Below, in pieces: positions 35,542 through 45,551 of a stretch of 64,000 nt of DNA (the stretch's first letter is position 1; every line of letters begins with the position of its first letter). The stretch lies in contig JAJYWN010000016.1 of assembly GCA_021791495.1 (NCBI GenBank), forward strand, positions 38,970 to 102,969. The letters are read 5' to 3'. The notes under the pieces were generated by a model that worked only from the letters and a program-made list of their open reading frames with translations, was not told the origin of the DNA and did no database searches. The DNA comes from Bacillota bacterium (GTDB lineage Bacteria; Bacillota; Sulfobacillia; JAJYWN01). A program made the position numbers and the translations under genes.

Positions 35542-36072
35542 GTGAAGAAATCGAAGTTTACGTCGGCGGCCATGGCGGAAGCCGGAATGGCCATCGCCCT
35601 GACCGGGCTCCTGCACATGATCACTATCTACCAAATGCCTCAGGGAGGCCGTGTCACGGCGGCGGCGATGGTACCTCTCGTTTTCCTGGCCTTGCGCCGC
35701 GGGCCGGCGGTGGGGATGGTGGCCGGGACGGTTTTCGGCCTTTTCAACTACATTCAGGATCCCTTCTTCGTCCACCCGGTCCAGTTCTTACTGGACTATC
35801 CGGTGCCTTTTATGCTGTTGGGGCTGGCCGGATGTTTCCGCCGCTGGCCGGCGGTGGGTGTCGTGGTGGCCATCGCGGCGCGGTTCGCCAGCCATGTGGT
35901 GTCGGGCGCGGTGTTCTTCGCCTCGTACGCACCCAAGGGGATGAACCCATGGATCTACTCGGCAGTCTATAACGCGACCTATTTGGTGCCGGAGCTCATC
36001 GTCACCGTGGTGGTCATCGTGGCGCTCTGGAGCGTCCCCGCTCTGGGCCGGGGGGCCAGAGTGGAAGGCTAG
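35542..36072 (+). CDS. thiT: ECF S-component thiamine transporter
   Basis: MPQGGRVT, RGPAVG, HPVQFLLDYP, SGAVFFASYAP, YNATY; TPP riboswitch upstream. Confidence 0.92.
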   Translation: MKKSKFTSAAMAEAGMAIALTGLLHMITIYQMPQGGRVTAAAMVPLVFLALRRGPAVGMVAGTVFGLFNYIQDPFFVHPVQFLLDYPVPFMLLGLAGCFRRWPAVGVVVAIAARFASHVVSGAVFFASYAPKGMNPWIYSAVYNATYLVPELIVTVVVIVALWSVPALGRGARVEG

Positions 36073-36089
36073 CCGCGGCGCGGAGCCTC

Positions 36090-37019
36090 ATGAAGGTGGA
36101 AGGCCAGTTGTGTAGCGTTTTCTGTGGCAAGGGTTGCGGAGGGTGCCCGGCCGGTGGCGGGGCGCCCTCCGTTGCGTGTCCCGGAAACGGGTGCGGTCAA
36201 TGCCGCGGGGCGGCGGGTGCCGGAGCCGGTGCCGGAGCCGGCCTGGGTCCCGGCGCCGCTCTGCCGAAACTCGTGATCTTCGCCGGCGGAGACATCCGGG
36301 ATGAGGCCGCCGTGGCCCGCTGGACCGGCGGAGCCGATCTGGTAGTCGCGGCCGACTCTGGGCTCGGGCGCGCCTTCGCCTGCGGGCTGACCCCGGACGC
36401 TTTGGTGGGCGACCTGGATTCGGCGGCGCCGGCCGACGTGGAAGCGGCGCGGCGGGCGGGGGTCGCCATGCTCACAGTGAATCCCGTGAAAGACGAAACT
36501 GATTTGGAACTGGCGGTCGAGTACGGGCTGGCACGACTCGGCATTCCCGCCGGCGTCCAACTAGACCTGCCCGCTGCTCCCGGCGACCCAAGCCCGTCTG
36601 CTCTACCGAGCCTGCCCGACCCGTCCGGCCCGATAGCCCATATCATTCTAGCCGGCATTACGGGCGGGAGGCTGGACCATACCCTGGCCGCCTTCGGCCT
36701 GATGGCGCGGCTGTCGCGACAAGGGCATTGTGTCGAAGCCGGGGATGGGGTGGCCTGGGCCACGATCCTCGGAGGTCGGCGCCTGGCCATCCAGTTACGT
36801 GGCCACCCAGGCGAGTACCTGTCTCTCATACCCTTGCTGTCCGACGTGACCGGTGTAACCCTGTCCGGGTTCAAGTACCCGTTGACCAAGGCCACGCTAC
36901 CGTGGGGCAAGTCCGTGGGTGTGAGTAACGAGTTTGCCACGCCCCAGGCTCTCGTCCAGATCGACGGCGGCTGGCTTCTGGTGGTCAAGCCGGGATCGGT
37001 GCCACCGGCCCATGAGTAG
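36090..37019 (+). CDS. thiN: Thiamine pyrophosphokinase with Cys-rich N-terminal extension
   Basis: AADSG, VGDLDS, KDETDLELA, GGRLDH, YLSLIPL, GFKYPL, GVSNE. Confidence 0.9.
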   Translation: MKVEGQLCSVFCGKGCGGCPAGGGAPSVACPGNGCGQCRGAAGAGAGAGAGLGPGAALPKLVIFAGGDIRDEAAVARWTGGADLVVAADSGLGRAFACGLTPDALVGDLDSAAPADVEAARRAGVAMLTVNPVKDETDLELAVEYGLARLGIPAGVQLDLPAAPGDPSPSALPSLPDPSGPIAHIILAGITGGRLDHTLAAFGLMARLSRQGHCVEAGDGVAWATILGGRRLAIQLRGHPGEYLSLIPLLSDVTGVTLSGFKYPLTKATLPWGKSVGVSNEFATPQALVQIDGGWLLVVKPGSVPPAHE

Positions 37020-37049
37020 AACTGGTTGGCGGAGGGATTGCGCCTCACG

Positions 37050-37390
37050 GAACTAAACTGTCGATTCGAGAATGGTTTCGCGGAGAGCGCTTGTGTCTGG
37101 AGTACACATTGCCCTCCGTCACACCCCTTTTGGGGACCAATTCCGCCTGACCCGATGCCGATTGCAACTCCTACCCCCATAGATCCTCGGCATCCCCGCC
37201 CGTCCTCTCCGCCTGAAATCTTAGGCCAGCTCAGATAGCACGATGTTTTCTCCGGGGGCAGAGTTTGCTCCTTACCTTCATCCGGGCTATCCGGTGCTAT
37301 CCGGTGCCCCAACGCCCCGTCGGCTGCAAAATGGGTATTCGGGACACACAGCCTGAGCCAAAATCAGGTCCCGAATGGACAGTTTAGTTC
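37050..37390. repeat. 341-bp non-coding element bounded by 19-bp inverted repeats
   Basis: GAACTAAACTGTCGATTCG (37050-68) versus CGAATGGACAGTTTAGTTC (37372-90), 1 mismatch; no clear target-site duplication. Confidence 0.75.
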
Positions 37391-37450
37391 AGGAATTCAC
37401 AACCGGTTTCCAGCGGAAGGAAATACGGTCTGCGCCTTCAAGGAAGGAAG

Positions 37451-38413
37451 ATGGAAGCGGGTGGAAGCGGCCTTGGGTATGGGCTGGGGTGTGGTGTGGC
37501 GCTGGGGAATGAAGGGGGGAGGACCGTGAAAGCACTGCTGATACCGGTCAAAGTCTTGGTGGCTGATAACCTACCGTTATCGGCCAGGCTTCTGTTCTTC
37601 CTGATCCTTCTCAAAACGCGGGAATCAGGGAAAGCCTGCACCCTGACCCAAGACGAAATGGCGACAATCCTTGGTGTCTCACGTTCGACCGTATACAGGG
37701 ATTTGCGCGTCCTGCTTTCGGCCGGCCTCATCAAGATCGAAGGGCACCGCAAATATGTAGCCCTTGACCCCGATCGCGCCAAGGACCAGGCCGCGATCGA
37801 GAAAGCGAAGCTCCGGGTCGCCCACGCCAAGTCTATAGGCCAAGGGCTACTACAGGCCTTGGGCACCGAGGTGTTCGATGACGATTCATTTATCGCCGAC
37901 GCCCGCCTAGACTGCATGACGAACAAGAAGACCGGAGCCCAACTGGAGCTGGACCTCTACTCCGCCAAGTACAAGGTCGCCTTCGAGTTCAATGGCGCAC
38001 AGCACGAGGGCCCAACCGAGCTCTACCCTGATGAAGAGGAGGCAGGAGAGAGGCAGATGCTAGATGACGTCAAAGTGGGTCTCTGCGTGAAGAACGGTAT
38101 CAAGCTCATCATCGTCCGTCCCGAGGATCTTAGTGTTCAAAGGCTGTTAGCTCTGGTCGGCGATGCCTTGCCACTCAGACCAGGCGCTTTGGATAGCGCT
38201 GTAGTCGCCTATCTTGAGAAGATGTGCTACTTCTACAGGCGAAAGGCTCTAAGATCCTCTCGCTCGGCAACGGCCTGCCCGAGTGAAGGTACGGGTGAAG
38301 GAGAAGGTACACCGCGCGAACGGTCCGGCTCCATCCGCCGCTTCATTCCCCGGTCAGGTTCGAAAGGCAATCCCGCGGTTCAGGAAGAGCAAGGTCAAGC
38401 ACCCCAAAGCTGA
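37451..38413 (+). CDS. Winged-HTH + PD-(D/E)XK/Vsr-like nuclease-domain protein
   Basis: TQDEMATILGVSRSTVYRDLRVLLSAGLI; LELDLY...AFEFNGAQH...DDVKVGLCVKNGIKLIIV. True start may be GTG 37526. Confidence 0.75.
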   Translation: MEAGGSGLGYGLGCGVALGNEGGRTVKALLIPVKVLVADNLPLSARLLFFLILLKTRESGKACTLTQDEMATILGVSRSTVYRDLRVLLSAGLIKIEGHRKYVALDPDRAKDQAAIEKAKLRVAHAKSIGQGLLQALGTEVFDDDSFIADARLDCMTNKKTGAQLELDLYSAKYKVAFEFNGAQHEGPTELYPDEEEAGERQMLDDVKVGLCVKNGIKLIIVRPEDLSVQRLLALVGDALPLRPGALDSAVVAYLEKMCYFYRRKALRSSRSATACPSEGTGEGEGTPRERSGSIRRFIPRSGSKGNPAVQEEQGQAPQS

Positions 38414-38435
38414 GACGGTAAGATGCAGAGATTGC

Positions 38436-39542
38436 CTAGGCTTGCGGCGGCGACGGCGGAACTGGCGGCGTCGGTGCAGCCGGTGCAGTCGGTGCAGCCG
38501 GTGCAGCCGGTGCAGCCGGTGCAGTCGGTGCAGTCGGTGCAGCCGGTGCAGCCGGTGCAGCCGGTGCAGCCGGTGCAGCCACGTTGACCTGGGAACCGGT
38601 GTTGGCCCCGGCATCGAGACCGACACCCGCCCGGGAGTCAGGCCGCCTGAACAGCCTGGGAAGCGCGACCAAGAGGACGCCGGCGGCCAGCACGACGGCC
38701 CCGGCCAGGATTACCCTGGACTCCACGCCTCCGACTGCGTCACTTACCAATGCCATCCGCACCTCGGGTTTGATGGGGGCCAGCATGATCGAGGCGGGAT
38801 CATTCGGACCGCCCTTGCCGACGTTGGCCACGGCTTTCTGCGCCACGGCCAGCAGCTTCGGTGCCCCGACCAATGCCTCCGCCAGAAGCCCTCCGCCCCC
38901 AAGGACGCACATGAATCCCAAGGGACGGGCGGCCCGGCGCGACGCTCCCCGCACCAGCCATATCAAAAGGCCCAATGCGGCGCAGACACCGATGGCCGCC
39001 GGGACGGCGATCTGGCGGTAGTGCCAGTATTTGCGGGCCTGCTGCCACTGGGTGTCGCTCCAGTTGATGCTCTTGGCCAGGTCCACCGTATCGGGGATGG
39101 CGCCGCCTATCCCTTGTTGGATGCCGGTCAGGTCCATGCCTGGCGCCGCCTTTTTGGCTTCGGCGAGCAGAGTGTCTTTCAGCTCTTTGAGGGGTACGGT
39201 GATGGTGGCCTTTCCCGTACTGCTGAGAACCTTCTTGGCCTGGCTCACCACGCTGCGCGCCTGCGTCAGAAACCACTGCTCCGAAAGAGTGGCCGAAAGG
39301 ACCTTCTCTACCGTAGCCCGCATCTCGGGAGTATCCGCGCCGTGCTCGACGAAGCTCCTGACCATGTCGGCCTTAAATGCGGTCAGGACCTGGTGCTTCT
39401 CGATGAGGTCGATGTAGTAGTTGGGCTCGGCCGCGGTGGCGCTGACGGCCGCCAGCGTCCCGGTGGCGAGAAGCGCGGGTACGAGTAAGACACCAAGGAT
39501 GAGTGTGGTCAGCCATCTGACAACGGCCAGGAAGGTCTTCAC
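38436..39542 (-). CDS. Hypothetical membrane protein with C-terminal (AAP/TAP)12 tail
   Basis: N-terminal TM, helical soluble region, three further TMs; convergent with the nuclease gene. Confidence 0.75.
   Translation of the reverse strand: MKTFLAVVRWLTTLILGVLLVPALLATGTLAAVSATAAEPNYYIDLIEKHQVLTAFKADMVRSFVEHGADTPEMRATVEKVLSATLSEQWFLTQARSVVSQAKKVLSSTGKATITVPLKELKDTLLAEAKKAAPGMDLTGIQQGIGGAIPDTVDLAKSINWSDTQWQQARKYWHYRQIAVPAAIGVCAALGLLIWLVRGASRRAARPLGFMCVLGGGGLLAEALVGAPKLLAVAQKAVANVGKGGPNDPASIMLAPIKPEVRMALVSDAVGGVESRVILAGAVVLAAGVLLVALPRLFRRPDSRAGVGLDAGANTGSQVNVAAPAAPAAPAAPAAPTAPTAPAAPAAPAAPTAPAAPTPPVPPSPPQA
38472..38579. repeat. 9-bp tandem repeat CGGTGCAG(C/T) x12 inside the CDS
   Basis: 12 units counted; encodes AAP/TAP on the minus strand. 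Confidence 0.95.
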
Positions 39543-39733
39543 CGCGGGTTCCGCCCTTTCTCCAAGAAATGGCTGGTGCTAGGTTATGGGTTCATGCGCC
39601 AAATCCTGCTGCGGAATGCGAAAAGACGGCCCCCGGCGCGCTTCTTACGCTCCAGGGACCGCCGCCGCTACCGCGGTCATCACCGCGGCCGCCACTTCTT
39701 TTGCCACATCTGTTGCTTCCGCCAGTACCGCCC

Positions 39734-40633
39734 CTACTCCGCACCCGTCACCGAACGGACCGTCCAGACATTGTTCACCTTCGCCAGATCTACTACGATC
39801 GTGTCCGAAGTCTGGACGGGCGGGGTACCCGGCGTCGACGGCGTGTAGGTCCGGACTACCCGGAAGCTGACCCGCATAGCGTCCGCCGACTGGGAGATGA
39901 CCTGCGGGTTCTCGATCAGTTCGCGCACCGGTGGGGCCTTGGCTTCGCCCACCGGCACCTGGGTCACCACCGGCGCCGGGGTGGCGACCTTGCCCTTGGC
40001 GAACAGGCGCAGGTCAGAAACCACGCGGGTGGTGCCGCTCCCGAACTCCGACCGGATCAGCCCGATGTCCCGGGCGTAGTACTCGTAGGTCTTGGCCGTT
40101 TGACCGGGCGTGGTCACCTCGACCTTCACCACGTCCTGGAACGAGCCCGCTGGTACGTCGACCACGCCGCCGATGCTCATGATACTGCGGGTTTCCGAAC
40201 CGTTAGCCCAGGAGGTCCCGGGTACCACCGGCGCCTTCAGCAGCACGTAATTCTCCTCAGGCGTCAGGGTCAACAGGTTGCGGTCTTCGGCCAGTTCCTT
40301 CCGGGCAAGGCGCGTAACGGCGTCATTGGTAACCTTGAACAGCGAACCGGTCGTCGTCCCCGACTTGCCGCGGAACTGCGCCAGATCACCCTGGGCGCGC
40401 ACACACTCGTTTGTGTACGTGGCGAACTCGTTCCCCGTCCCCTGATACTCCCAGCGCAGGCCGGGCTGGATGGGGAAGTAGAGAGCCGGGCTCAGCCCCT
40501 GGATCGTCGGAGCCGGCGACAAGGGTACGGGAGGTTTCTTCGCCCCCCACCGGCAGCCGGGCGCCGTCACGGCGATGGTCAATACCATTGCCGCTATCAG
40601 CCCTAAGAGAAGCACTCTTTTCGTCGTCCTCAT
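39734..40633 (-). CDS. Hypothetical lipoprotein resembling the N-terminal domain of clostridial GerMN-containing lipoproteins
   Basis: Signal MRTTKRVLLL...TAPGC; YFP...YQGTGNEFATY, LLKAPVVPGTSW, VDVPAGSF, YYARDIGLIRSEF. Confidence 0.7.
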   Translation of the reverse strand: MRTTKRVLLLGLIAAMVLTIAVTAPGCRWGAKKPPVPLSPAPTIQGLSPALYFPIQPGLRWEYQGTGNEFATYTNECVRAQGDLAQFRGKSGTTTGSLFKVTNDAVTRLARKELAEDRNLLTLTPEENYVLLKAPVVPGTSWANGSETRSIMSIGGVVDVPAGSFQDVVKVEVTTPGQTAKTYEYYARDIGLIRSEFGSGTTRVVSDLRLFAKGKVATPAPVVTQVPVGEAKAPPVRELIENPQVISQSADAMRVSFRVVRTYTPSTPGTPPVQTSDTIVVDLAKVNNVWTVRSVTGAE

Positions 40634-40909
40634 GTCCTTACACCCCTTTGACGGACGCCTTCTCGAGACATCCGATGACATTTTGCGATAGGGTCCGGTG
40701 TTAGTATGTCGCCCTTCACAGGAAGCACAAACTCGGTTAATATAGTCGAGAGGGGAAATCCGAGTTTAACACTGGGAATTCCGGATGCCGGATCCGTGGG
40801 CCGTCAGGTTGGTTCCGCCCGAAAAACGGGGCATGACCCGGAATTTCGGACCGAAAGACGATAGAACATACCATCGAGAAGCAGAAACGAAAGCTGGGGA
40901 TGGGCCAAA

Positions 40910-43432
40910 ATGCCTGCTGATTCCGAGTCTACCGCCGTTGAACTCAAGGAGATATCTTTCGACCTTACCGGCATGACCTGCGCGTCTTGTGCCGCCAACA
41001 TCGAACGGCGTCTCCGCAAGACCGAGGGCGTCACCCAGGCGAACGTGAATTTCGCCGCGGAGAAAGCCGTGGCCACCTACGACCCCACGAAGGTAACCCC
41101 CGACCAGATGGTCGCCACCGTCAAGGACATCGGTTACGGGGCGGCCTACGGCAAACGCGTCGACTTCAACCTGGTCGGGATGACCTGCGCCAACTGCGCC
41201 ATGCGGATCGAGAAGGGCCTGTCGCGCGCGCCCGGCGTTTACTCCGCCGCCGTGAACTTCGCCGCCGAGAAAGCGACCGTTTTCTACGAGCCCGGGTCGA
41301 CTACCCCCGAGAAGCTGCGGAAGGTCGTCAGCGACCTGGGCTATAAAGCCATGGTCGCCGAGGACCGGGCCGACCGCGACCGCGAGAAGCAGGAACGCGA
41401 GCGCGAGATCCGCCGCCAGATGTTCCGCCTGGGCATCTCGGCCATCATGTCCGTACCCCTGCTCCTCATGATGATCAACGACGTCCTGCCCTTCGGCTTC
41501 CCCATGGTCTTCCATAACCGGTGGGTCCAGCTGGCCCTGGCCACACCGGTCCAGTTCGTGGCCGGATGGCAGTTCTACGTCGGCGCCTATAAGAACCTGA
41601 CCCACGGCAGCGCGAACATGGACGTCCTGGTGGCCCTGGGCACGTCGGCGGCTTACTTCTTCAGCATCTACGAAGCCTTCATTAAGGGCGGCGAGCGCAC
41701 CTATTTCGAGACCGCCGCCATCCTCATCACCCTCATCATCCTTGGGAAACTCCTCGAAGCCCGCGCCAAGGGGCGGACTTCCGAAGCCATCAAGAAGCTG
41801 ATGGGCCTGCGCGCCAAGACCGCCACGGTCATCCGCGGCGGCGAAGAGAGGGAAGTGCCGGTCGAGCAGGTCGAGCTGGGTGACCTGGTGCTGGTCCGGC
41901 CCGGCGATAAGATCCCGGTCGACGGCGTGATCAAAGAAGGCTTCTCCACCGTGGACGAGTCCATGCTCACCGGCGAAAGCATCCCCGTGGATAAGAAAGT
42001 GGGCGATCCGGTCATCGGCGCCACGATCAACAAGCTCGGCACCTTCAAATTCGAGGCCACCAAGGTCGGCTCCGAAACGGCCCTGGCCCAAATCATCAAG
42101 GTCGTCGAGGATGCCCAGGGCAGCAAGGCACCCATCCAGCGCTTCGCCGACGTGGTCTCCTCCTACTTCGTCCCGGCCGTGGTGGGGGTGGCTTTCCTCA
42201 CCTTCTTAGGCTGGTACTTCTTCGGCGCCCCCGGGAACCTGGAACGCGCCATCCTGAACATGGTGGCCGTCCTGGTCATCGCCTGCCCCTGCGCCCTGGG
42301 GCTGGCCACGCCCACCTCCATCATGGTGGGCACGGGGCGGGGAGCGGAAAAAGGCATCCTCATCAAGGGTGGGGAACATCTGGAGCGGGCCCACGCCCTG
42401 AACACGGTGGTGTTGGACAAGACCGGCACCATCACCAAGGGCGAACCGTCGGTGACCGACGTCGTCCTCTTTTCCGACGAGAGTTCGCCGGCTGCTCAGG
42501 ACGAACTGCTGCGACTGGCGGCCTCAGCCGAGAAGGGGTCGGAACATCCCCTTGGGCAGGCCATCGTCCGGGCGGCGCGCGAGCGGAACCTGGCGCTGGG
42601 AGAGACATCGGACTTCGAAGCCGTCCCCGGCCACGGCATCCGGGCCACGGTGGCCGGCGGGGCCGGCGTGGTTGGAGGGGCCGGCGGGAACGGTGGCGCC
42701 GGCGATGCCGCCGCGACGGGCGGCCATCGCCTCGCCATCGGCAACCGCAAGCTCCTAGCCCTTGACGGGATCTCCCTGTCCCAGTTCGAACCCGCCATCG
42801 ACCTCCTGGAAAGTCAGGGCAAGACCGCTATGCTGGTGGCCGCCGGCGGCGTGGCGGCCGGGGCCATTGCCGTGGCCGATACGGTGAAAGAGAACTCGCG
42901 CGACGCCATCGCCGAGCTGAAAGGTATGGGCATCCAGGTCGTCATGATCACCGGCGACAACCGGCGCACCGCCGACGCCATCGCCGCCCAGGTGGGCATC
43001 GACCCCGAGAATGTACGGGCCGAGGTCCTGCCAGAGGACAAGGCCAACGAGGTGGACGCGTTGATGAAAGCGGGCCGCACCGTGGGCATGGTAGGTGACG
43101 GCATCAACGACGCCCCGGCCCTGGCCACGGCCGACCTGGGCATCGCCATTGGTACCGGCACCGACGTGGCCATGGAGACCGCCGATGTGACCTTGATGCG
43201 CGGCGATTTGCGCGGCATCCCGGCCATGATCAAACTGAGCCGGGCGACCATCCGGAATGTACGGCAGAACCTGTTCTGGGCCCTATTCTATAACACCATC
43301 GGTATCCCCGTGGCGGCCCTCGGTTTCCTGAACCCCGTCATCGCCGGCGCGGCCATGGCCTTCAGCTCTGTGTCCGTGGTCACCAACGCGCTGCGCCTGC
43401 GCGGCTTCGACCCGTATCGAGGGATGGTTTGA
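40910..43432 (+). CDS. copA: Cu(I)-exporting P1B-1 ATPase
   Basis: Two HMA domains (MTCASC, MTCANC), [29 protein letters not shown]. Confidence 0.95.
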   Translation: MPADSESTAVELKEISFDLTGMTCASCAANIERRLRKTEGVTQANVNFAAEKAVATYDPTKVTPDQMVATVKDIGYGAAYGKRVDFNLVGMTCANCAMRIEKGLSRAPGVYSAAVNFAAEKATVFYEPGSTTPEKLRKVVSDLGYKAMVAEDRADRDREKQEREREIRRQMFRLGISAIMSVPLLLMMINDVLPFGFPMVFHNRWVQLALATPVQFVAGWQFYVGAYKNLTHGSANMDVLVALGTSAAYFFSIYEAFIKGGERTYFETAAILITLIILGKLLEARAKGRTSEAIKKLMGLRAKTATVIRGGEEREVPVEQVELGDLVLVRPGDKIPVDGVIKEGFSTVDESMLTGESIPVDKKVGDPVIGATINKLGTFKFEATKVGSETALAQIIKVVEDAQGSKAPIQRFADVVSSYFVPAVVGVAFLTFLGWYFFGAPGNLERAILNMVAVLVIACPCALGLATPTSIMVGTGRGAEKGILIKGGEHLERAHALNTVVLDKTGTITKGEPSVTDVVLFSDESSPAAQDELLRLAASAEKGSEHPLGQAIVRAARERNLALGETSDFEAVPGHGIRATVAGGAGVVGGAGGNGGAGDAAATGGHRLAIGNRKLLALDGISLSQFEPAIDLLESQGKTAMLVAAGGVAAGAIAVADTVKENSRDAIAELKGMGIQVVMITGDNRRTADAIAAQVGIDPENVRAEVLPEDKANEVDALMKAGRTVGMVGDGINDAPALATADLGIAIGTGTDVAMETADVTLMRGDLRGIPAMIKLSRATIRNVRQNLFWALFYNTIGIPVAALGFLNPVIAGAAMAFSSVSVVTNALRLRGFDPYRGMV

Positions 43433-43497
43433 GAGTGGATGGTCTGAAGCAAGTGGTCCGAAGCTGAACGCTGTGAAGCGAGATGCGCTGAAAAAGT

Positions 43498-43513
43498 AGC
43501 CCGCCGGCGGGCT
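43498..43513. other. 16-bp perfect palindrome after copA (possible terminator or operator)
   Basis: AGCCCGCCGGCGGGCT, flanked by GCTGA/TCAGC and an A-tract. Confidence 0.3.
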
Positions 43514-43558
43514 TCAGCCCCCCTTACGCTGGGCAAACTAGCCGCGGAGGGGGATTTC

Positions 43559-43747
43559 ATGCAGGTGCTTCTGGATATGCTCCTGGCTGCGGCGGTCTTA
43601 GCGGTCTTGGCCTTCATATACTCGTGGTTCACCCACGAACGCCCGGTCGTCCGGCAGGCGCAGGCCCGGGTGGTGAACCTGGCGGAAGAACGTCGTCGGC
43701 GCGCCAGTTCGCGCCTGACCCGGTCCAACCGTCTTGGAAAGCGGTAG
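43559..43747 (+). CDS. Small single-TM protein (62 aa)
   Basis: GGAGGGGG RBS, hydrophobic N-terminus, Arg-rich tail. Confidence 0.55.
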   Translation: MQVLLDMLLAAAVLAVLAFIYSWFTHERPVVRQAQARVVNLAEERRRRASSRLTRSNRLGKR

Positions 43748-43807
43748 AAAGCCATACATAGCGCCCCCACGTTAGGGAAGTGCTAGCGGTATCAGGGGGG
43801 CACTGAT

Positions 43808-45547
43808 GTGCATTCGTGGCTGAAGCCGATCGCCAACGCTTTCTTACAGAAGGACACTGAAACACCGGACCAACTTGCTCCGGACCGGCTGGAACTCACA
43901 CAGACGCCGGTCTCCGGGCGGCCTTACGAAGACGGCCAGGCTCTCAAGGCGCTCCTCTCCAAGAGCGAAGATGTGGTGACCCGTCCTTTCGGTGACTTCG
44001 TCGCGGTCTACCTGGAAGGGGCTGTGGACGGCCCGACGTTCCAGGAAGCCGTCATCGAGAAACTGGAGAAGTGGTTCCAGGGCCAACGGATACCACCAGA
44101 GATGGCCACGCCACCAGACGATGCGGAACAGAAAGGCAGCGCGCAGACCGCGCCGGAATCAGTTCAAGGGCGGGCCGGTCAAGAAAAGACCGGCGCGTCC
44201 GGATCGCCATCTCCCCCGGAATCGAAAGATGAAAGCACAGACAAGACCGTCAAGCCCATCCCGGTCGACGAGTATGTCAGGAAGAAGCCGGAGCGCCCGC
44301 ACGTCCCCAGTTTCGACAACTTCGGCGTGACCAATCCTGAGGCCGTGGGCGTCTACTCGCTGGAGCAGGCGGCCCGCGAGATCCTGGCGGGCAGCGCCGT
44401 CCTTTTTGGCCGGGGCTTCCCGTTCGCGGTGGAAGTGAGGGCCCCCGGCTGGCCCATGCGGCCGGTAAGCGGGCCCACAGCCGAACCTTCAGTCAGGTCG
44501 GCCGAGGACACCTTCGTCGAAGACCTGCGGCCCAACGTGGCTCTGGTCAGGCGGAAAGTGCAGGACCCCGACCTCATGATCAAGGTAATCCCCATCGGCG
44601 GTATCGCCAAACTGCCCGCCGCCATCGCCTACCTCAACCGTGGACAGGCCCCGGCCCGCGCCAAACAGGTCGAAGACCTGCTCCGGGCATACCAGGCGGA
44701 GACTGTGGTGGAGTTGGGTGTGGTCCGGCGCTGCCTTTGCGCCAACCAGCTCGTCGTTCCAACCACTCTGGCCACCGAACGTCCCGACCGGCTCGCCAAA
44801 CTCCTTTACCTCGAGCGAGTGGCCGTCCTGGTACAGAACTTCCCCAACGCCCTGGTGGTCCCGGTCCAGTTCGGTGAGTTTCTGTCCGTCCCGGACGACT
44901 CAATGTTCCCAGCCATTGGTTCGTTGTTCTTGAAGTTCATCAGAATCCTGGCCGCGATAATAGCCGTCTATCTGCCGTCCCTGTACATCGCGATCATCGG
45001 GTATTCTCCCGACCTGCTCCGGTTGGAGCTGGCCACCTTCGTCGCCGGCGACCGGGCGGCCGTGCCCCTTAACGCCATCCTCGAGATAGCACTCCTATTG
45101 ATGTTCTTGGAGATCCTCCTGGAGGCCACGGTCAGACTCCCCGCCCGGGTCAGCGCGGCCGGTACCGTGGTAGGAGGCCTCATCATCGGGCAGGCCATCG
45201 TCCGGGCCCACCTGGTCAGTGGCCTATCCATCGTCATCGTGGCGTCGACGGCCGTCAGTTCCTGGATTTTCTCCTCCTACGAGATGTCCGTGGTGATGCG
45301 GTCCGCCCAATGGATTCTCTCGGCGGGAGCGATGGTGTTCGGCATCCCGGGAATTCTGTGCACCTCTTTCGCTCTTATCACGCTGGTCAACGCCCATGGG
45401 GCCATGAGAACGCCATACCTACTCCCTCTCATGCGGCGGGCCTCCGCTCCCTCTGGTTCGCGGAAGACCTTCCGTCCCGCGAACCAGGTGGGACGACAGT
45501 ACAAGAAGGCGGGCGGGCCCGCCATGGCGCCAAGGAAAGCGGGTTAA
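43808..45547 (+). CDS. gerKA: Spore germination receptor A subunit
   Basis: EPSVRSAEDTFVE, TERPDR, YLPSLYIA, EILLEATVRLP, VVGGLIIGQA. Gene order A-C-B matches gerK. Confidence 0.88.
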   Translation: MHSWLKPIANAFLQKDTETPDQLAPDRLELTQTPVSGRPYEDGQALKALLSKSEDVVTRPFGDFVAVYLEGAVDGPTFQEAVIEKLEKWFQGQRIPPEMATPPDDAEQKGSAQTAPESVQGRAGQEKTGASGSPSPPESKDESTDKTVKPIPVDEYVRKKPERPHVPSFDNFGVTNPEAVGVYSLEQAAREILAGSAVLFGRGFPFAVEVRAPGWPMRPVSGPTAEPSVRSAEDTFVEDLRPNVALVRRKVQDPDLMIKVIPIGGIAKLPAAIAYLNRGQAPARAKQVEDLLRAYQAETVVELGVVRRCLCANQLVVPTTLATERPDRLAKLLYLERVAVLVQNFPNALVVPVQFGEFLSVPDDSMFPAIGSLFLKFIRILAAIIAVYLPSLYIAIIGYSPDLLRLELATFVAGDRAAVPLNAILEIALLLMFLEILLEATVRLPARVSAAGTVVGGLIIGQAIVRAHLVSGLSIVIVASTAVSSWIFSSYEMSVVMRSAQWILSAGAMVFGIPGILCTSFALITLVNAHGAMRTPYLLPLMRRASAPSGSRKTFRPANQVGRQYKKAGGPAMAPRKAG

Positions 45548-45551
45548 CGGT

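Noticed and set aside
37451-38413. The nuclease gene as an IS transposase or phage integrase
   Set aside because: No DDE, HUH, or tyrosine/serine recombinase motifs; the inverted repeats flank only the upstream region, not the gene.
38283-39488. 401-aa plus-strand ORF with Cys-Ser-Arg repeats
   Set aside because: Antisense reading of the 9-bp VNTR in the minus-strand membrane protein; no independent motifs.
40766-42091. Long antisense or alternative-frame ORFs (also 5003-6388, 9964-10740, 17644-18939, 32534-33604, 50472-52127, 53870-54946)
   Set aside because: Shadow ORFs of clearly identified genes; stop codons are scarce in high-GC DNA.
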